A stretch of DNA of 64,000 bases from Zancudomyces culisetae HAW-14-8 (lineage: Eukaryota > Fungi > Kickxellomycota): contig JBNJNM010000012.1 of the NCBI GenBank assembly GCA_052426225.1, positions 2,460,971 through 2,524,970 on the forward strand, given 5' to 3'. Each line of letters begins with the position of its first letter. Positions within the stretch are counted from its first letter, which is position 1. This document shows, piece by piece, positions 58,801 through 64,000 of this stretch. The translations under genes were made by a program, and so were the position numbers. The notes beneath the pieces are model-generated. The model had not been told where the DNA came from. It saw nothing but the letters and a program-made list of their open reading frames with translations, and did no database searches.

Positions 58801-61800
58801 TTAAATCGATTTTAGTTAATATTTTCGCTTGACTGAATCTGTCGAGTAACTCTCTGATTAAAGGTAAAGATACCTGATTTAATTGTCAAGTTATTTAATC
58901 CTCTATTATCAACGCATAATCTTAAAGATCCATCTTATTTTTTACAAAAAGTATAGGAGAGCCAGCTGGAGATGATGAAGGATGAATAAAACCTTTATCT
59001 AAATTTTCTTTCAAATACTCACAAAGTGCTGCGAGTTCTGTTTCAGATAGTGATTAAATTGGTCCAAATGGTGGTTATGAGCCTGGTTTAAACGGAATTT
59101 TATGATCATATGTACGATGAGGTGGTAAATTATTAGTTGCTTTTTCGTCGTATAGATCTTTAAATTCGGAATATTCCGATGGTATAGGAGTTATTTCTGA
59201 TATTTCTGGAATTAATGTGCAAGTTATTGTGTGTGTAGAACATTGATTTTGTTGTTTACTACAATTATTTTAGCAATATTCTGATATGAAATAAAACTTA
59301 TATAAATTCCCCTCTAAATGTATATTATGAGTTCTCAGCCAGTTTATTCAATAATTACAGGGTATTTTCCCAATTTGGTTACATCAAAAGATATAATTAC
59401 GTAATAATTATAGGTGTTAAGTTGAAGAGGTATGCTATTGTGTGTTATGGAGCCTGACGAAATTAATCTTTCGTAATTACTAGTAGCGGAATTGGTAATT
59501 TTTTTAATACTATGGAATGTTATTAGTATTGGCAAAAGTAGAATCAATGAAGCAATTAGTTGCACCCGAGTCAATCATGGCAACGGTTTTTATCGGGTTA
59601 TTGTTTACCCGAAGGGTTACTGATACTAAATGGTGCGCGTTAACTTTATTTGTCGACATATTAAAATGTTCCAGATCAAGATTCTTATTGATTGTGGAAT
59701 TAATTTTTAAGTTGCAGTCAGGTATAGATTCAGGCTTGAGTTCAGGCATAATTTCAGGTTATGAGTAAAGTACAGGTTTAGTTTTAATTATAAGTTCAGA
59801 TTTGATTTCAGGTTTAAGTTCAGGTTTGATTTCAGATTTGGTTATATGTTTATTTTCGGAGTTATAGTTGGATTAGTAAATGTATCTTTTACATTAATTT
59901 CTGGTGTTAGTTTGGTTATTTCAGTAATGTAAATTTTATAGTTAAATTGTAAAGGTAGATTTACTTAAGGTTGATACAAACTTCCGGATGTTTCATTAGC
60001 GGCAATAATTAAAGGGTAAAGATTTTTGATTGAAGTGGACAGTTTAGGATAATTAGAACGCTCAAGAATAAGTCCGAAAATTGTCTTGAGCTTAATTGTT
60101 TTCCTTAAAATGCTTGCAGATATAGTATTTATTACCTTTATTTACGGGCGACGAGGACAATATGAAATGACATGATCAGGATTACCACGGTATAGACAAA
60201 GATTAAGGTCGCGGCGGCGTTGTTTTTCAGTCTGAGTGAGTGGTGGGCGACGAGATGAAGCTCCGACAATTTCCATTTGTTGCACCCGAGGCTGTGTTAT
60301 TACTATTAAATTGTTTTTTGATGGTGTAGAGTTATCCAAATTTTGAATATGCATTGGGCGAGGACGAAACGTTTTTTCAAGATTTCTTTCAAATAGTCTG
60401 TTGTCAATTATTATAGCGAGGTCAATAGTTTCTGAACATATGTCTGGTCTATCAAAACGGGCTAATAAATCCTTAAACTCTTCTTTAAGTTTTTCATAAA
60501 ATTGGCTACAGAGTGCTGCGTCATTCCAGTACATAAGTGTCGAAATACGACAAAATTCAGTAGCATAGGTGGCTGCGGATCCCAACTGGCGAAGTTTTCT
60601 GAGATGACGTTCAGCTGTCGATGATTGGTGTGGATTTCCGAAAACACGATGAAGTTCATTTATGAAAATGTCAAAATTTTCCAGGATTGGTTCATAATCA
60701 ATAGATCTTAGAAACGGTTGTAGCCACGAGAAAGCAGGTCCACGAAGGAAAGTAGAAGCAAAAATGACTTTCTGAGTATCTGTTGAAAATCTTGAGGGTT
60801 GAGCTTGTATGACTAGTTGGACTTGTGCTACAAAGTTTCTTAGTTGATCTCTATCGCCACTAAAGTATTCAGGATCTGCTAATCTTGGTTCTCTAGCCAC
60901 TGGTAACTCGTTTGCTTGATTATTTCTCAACATATTTAACGGAGCTGAAGATCGTCTAGTTGGGTAGCTGTCATGATCTATTCATGACATTATTGCTATT
61001 TTTAATAACATATTAAAAATAGCAAATGTAAAATTTATTAACAATTTTTCCGCTTTAATACTTACACAATAAATTATTAAATATGGAGTAAGAATTAATA
61101 ATTAATAATAAATTGGTTTTACCCCATATTATTAAATGTTAACTGTGGAGTTGACAGTTAATTTATATTAGTTTTAAGTTATAATTATAGTATAGTTTTT
61201 ATTATGTTTTACAATTAATTTTGTATATTGTAAAACTATATGAGGACAAGGATTTATTGCTTTAGGTAACTTTTGCAATAAAATACTGTATATCTCATAT
61301 TATTTTATTAAATAAATCATAGCCATAGTTAATACAAATATTACTTAGTGTCAAGTCGTGACAGTTGCCATCCTATGTAATTCATTAAAATGACTTCAAT
61401 CATTGTTACTAGTGCATTAAGGTCTTTGTAATTATTCTCTGACATGATAGTAGTAGTTAATTATTTGATCTGACAAACTGTCATGTACTTATTTATATTG
61501 GTGAAATTTGGTGATTATTAAGTACTACTATAATATATATTTATTGTTGACACTTGATGTCAGATATGAATTTCTGAAGGAATAAAAAATGCTATTTAAA
61601 CTAATTGTTTGTATTATATTAAATTTAATATTAAAAACTAAAATATTGCATAAATAGAAAGTAGTTAAATTAATATACAATTTAAAGTAAAGTGAGTTTT
61701 GTGCTAGTTATGATATTAAACATGTTTAAATCATATTTCTGATTCATCCAAATCATGTTTGATATTATTTGTTGATTTAAATTAAAACTGTTTAATATTA

Positions 61801-61810
61801 GTTTATGACA
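55892..61810 (-). mobile_element. Full-length but decayed Ty3/gypsy chromovirus with two ~330-bp LTRs (55892-56222, 61479-61810)
   Basis: TSD ATCAG; PPT AAGAGAGGGAATAC; gag (ATG ~61445, PEYFSGDR, zinc-knuckle remnant), protease IDSGA, RT (YLDD mutated to YLYD), RNase H TDASDFAIG, integrase, chromodomain YLVDWKGY; many stops. Confidence 0.95.
60969..61363. mobile_element. Solo LTR nested in the gypsy gag gene
   Basis: TGTCATGATCTATTCATGACA...TGTCAAGTCGTGACA; TSD GTAGC/GTTGC; highly similar to 46708-46995 but about 100 bp longer. Confidence 0.88.
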
Positions 61811-62056
61811 ATCAGTTGGATTTTTTCATTGGTGGCATTTTAAATTATAGTAAAACAGTGAGCTTCAATGATATTAGCTAGCTTTTGAGTTCCAGGAGCG
61901 TTACTGTTTTTAACTGCAATAAATTTAAGCGTGTTAGGACTTAACTTATTATTATCAAGTTCAGCTATTTTTAGAAAAGTTTCACATTCAGGTTGATAAC
62001 TTTGCAATCAAAGAAGCGATTATGTTAGCAGTTTTCATGCAGATTCGATTGATTTC

Positions 62057-64000
62057 GGGATAGGGTTAGCGATAGAGATAGAGATAGGGATAGAGATAGG
62101 GATAGGGATAGGGATAGGGATAGGGATAGGGATAGGGATAGGGATAGGGATAGGGTTAGGGTTAGGGTTAGGGTTAGGGTTAGGGTTAGGGTTAGGGTTA
62201 GGGTTAGGGTTAGGGTTAGGGTTAGGGTTAGGGTTAGGGTTAGGGTTAGGGTTAGGGTTAGGGTTAGGGTTAGGGTTAGGGTTAGGGTTAGGGTTAGGGT
62301 TAGGGTTAGGGTTAGGGTTAGGGTTAGGGTTAGGGTTAGGGTTAGGGTTAGGGTTAGGGTTAGGGTTAGGGTTAGGGTTAGGGTTAGGGTTAGGGTTAGG
62401 GTTAGGGTTAGGGTTAGGGTTAGGGTTAGGGTTAGGGTTAGGGTTAGGGTTAGGGTTAGGGTTAGGGTTAGGGTTAGGGTTAGGGTTAGGGTTAGGGTTA
62501 GGGTTAGGGTTAGGGTTAGGGTTAGGGTTAGGGTTAGGGTTAGGGTTAGGGTTAGGGTTAGGGTTAGGGTTAGGGTTAGGGTTAGGGTTAGGGTTAGGGT
62601 TAGGGTTAGGGTTAGGGTTAGGGTTAGGGTTAGGGTTAGGGTTAGGGTTAGGGTTAGGGTTAGGGTTAGGGTTAGGGTTAGGGTTAGGGTTAGGGTTAGG
62701 GTTAGGGTTAGGGTTAGGGTTAGGGTTAGGGTTAGGGTTAGGGTTAGGGTTAGGGTTAGGGTTAGGGTTAGGGTTAGGGTTAGGGTTAGGGTTAGGGTTA
62801 GGGTTAGGGTTAGGGTTAGGGTTAGGGTTAGGGTTAGGGTTAGGGTTAGGGTTAGGGTTAGGGTTAGGGTTAGGGTTAGGGTTAGGGTTAGGGTTAGGGT
62901 TAGGGTTAGGGTTAGGGTTAGGGTTAGGGTTAGGGTTAGGGTTAGGGTTAGGGTTAGGGTTAGGGTTAGGGTTAGGGTTAGGGTTAGGGTTAGGGTTAGG
63001 GTTAGGGTTAGGGTTAGGGTTAGGGTTAGGGTTAGGGTTAGGGTTAGGGTTAGGGTTAGGGTTAGGGTTAGGGTTAGGGTTAGGGTTAGGGTTAGGGTTA
63101 GGGTTAGGGTTAGGGTTAGGGTTAGGGTTAGGGTTAGGGTTAGGGTTAGGGTTAGGGTTAGGGTTAGGGTTAGGGTTAGGGTTAGGGTTAGGGTTAGGGT
63201 TAGGGTTAGGGTTAGGGTTAGGGTTAGGGTTAGGGTTAGGGTTAGGGTTAGGGTTAGGGTTAGGGTTAGGGTTAGGGTTAGGGTTAGGGTTAGGGTTAGG
63301 GTTAGGGTTAGGGTTAGGGTTAGGGTTAGGGTTAGGGTTAGGGTTAGGGTTAGGGTTAGGGTTAGGGTTAGGGTTAGGGTTAGGGTTAGGGTTAGGGTTA
63401 GGGTTAGGGTTAGGGTTAGGGTTAGGGTTAGGGTTAGGGTTAGGGTTAGGGTTAGGGTTAGGGTTAGGGTTAGGGTTAGGGTTAGGGTTAGGGTTAGGGT
63501 TAGGGTTAGGGTTAGGGTTAGGGTTAGGGTTAGGGTTAGGGTTAGGGTTAGGGTTAGGGTTAGGGTTAGGGTTAGGGTTAGGGTTAGGGTTAGGGTTAGG
63601 GTTAGGGTTAGGGTTAGGGTTAGGGTTAGGGTTAGGGTTAGGGTTAGGGTTAGGGTTAGGGTGTTAGGGTTAGGGTTAGGGTTAGGGTTAGGGTTAGGGT
63701 TTGGTTAGGGTTTAGGGTTAGGGGTTAGGGGTTAGGGTTAGGGTTAGGGTTAGGGTTAGGGTTAGGGTTAGGGTTAGGGTTAGGGTTAGGGTTGGTAGGG
63801 TTAGGGTTAGGGTTAGGGTTAGGGTTAGGGTTAGGGTTAGGGTTAGGGTTAGGGTTAGGGTTAGGGTTAGGGTTAGGGTTAGGGTTAGGGGTTAGGGTTG
63901 GGTTAGGGTTAGGGTTAGGGTTAGGGTTAGGGTTAGGGTTAGGGTTAGGGTGGTTAGGGTTAGGGGTTAGGGTTGGTAGGGTTAGGGTTAGGGTTAGGGA
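62057..64000 (+). repeat. Telomere (TTAGGG)n with proximal variant repeats (ATAGGG/ATAGAG, 62057-62155)
   Basis: About 1.85 kb of TTAGGG with the G-rich strand running 5'->3' toward the window end; irregularities after ~63660. Confidence 0.99.

Larger units (their letters stand above)
51500..62056 (-). mobile_element. Degraded telomere-terminal Penelope-like retroelement (Coprina/Athena-like), interrupted by LTR insertions at 52983-54272 and 55892-61810
   Basis: PLE RT motifs in order on the minus strand: KTPINFRPITSATNW (~54729-54684), GSLDVV (~54558), GIAMGSN (54398-54378), YRSINDIFLIT|HKDN (rejoined across the insertion), TVDILD, TY*KPLNLY (~52830-52804), ISGEL, VPLVIFY. An upstream K/E-rich decayed ORF continues across the gypsy TSD to the telomere junction. 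The 3' boundary is approximate. Confidence 0.72.

Noticed and set aside
63660-64000. Irregular distal telomere repeats (TTGG, TTAGGGG)
   Set aside because: Most likely low-coverage consensus or read errors at the contig end.

Overview
Right-hand end of an AT-rich fungal chromosome, ending in a ~1.9 kb TTAGGG telomere. Gene content suggests an early-diverging fungus, possibly a Harpellales/Kickxellomycotina insect-gut fungus; this is inference only. Positions 1-27.4 kb are a core region: YDJ1-type DnaJ (partial), UTP6, a six-exon BAP31/YET3 with micro-exons, RCL1, a short SEC9/SNAP-25 SNARE, a probably GPI-anchored trypsin, and a single-chain (beta+alpha fused) type I fatty acid synthase. This FAS has an intact 12 kb ORF, but its ketosynthase (Cys->Tyr, His->Tyr) and acetyltransferase (GHSQG->GFGCG) sites are destroyed, while ER, DH, MPT, ACP, KR and PPT motifs are intact. 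Positions 27.4-47 kb are a subtelomeric zone of small secreted proteins: a Gly/Tyr-rich Kex2-type precursor, a 1064-aa Pro/Thr/Lys repeat protein with Cys-rich ends (glue/holdfast candidates), two related small Cys proteins and an LTR-disrupted secreted gene. Positions 47-62 kb are nested transposons: Tc1/mariner elements, two chromodomain Ty3/gypsy elements and five solo-LTR-type insertions with TSDs. They overlie a degraded Penelope-like retroelement whose 5'-truncated end appears directly capped by the telomere. All calls come from manual reading and motif recognition; no database searches were run.
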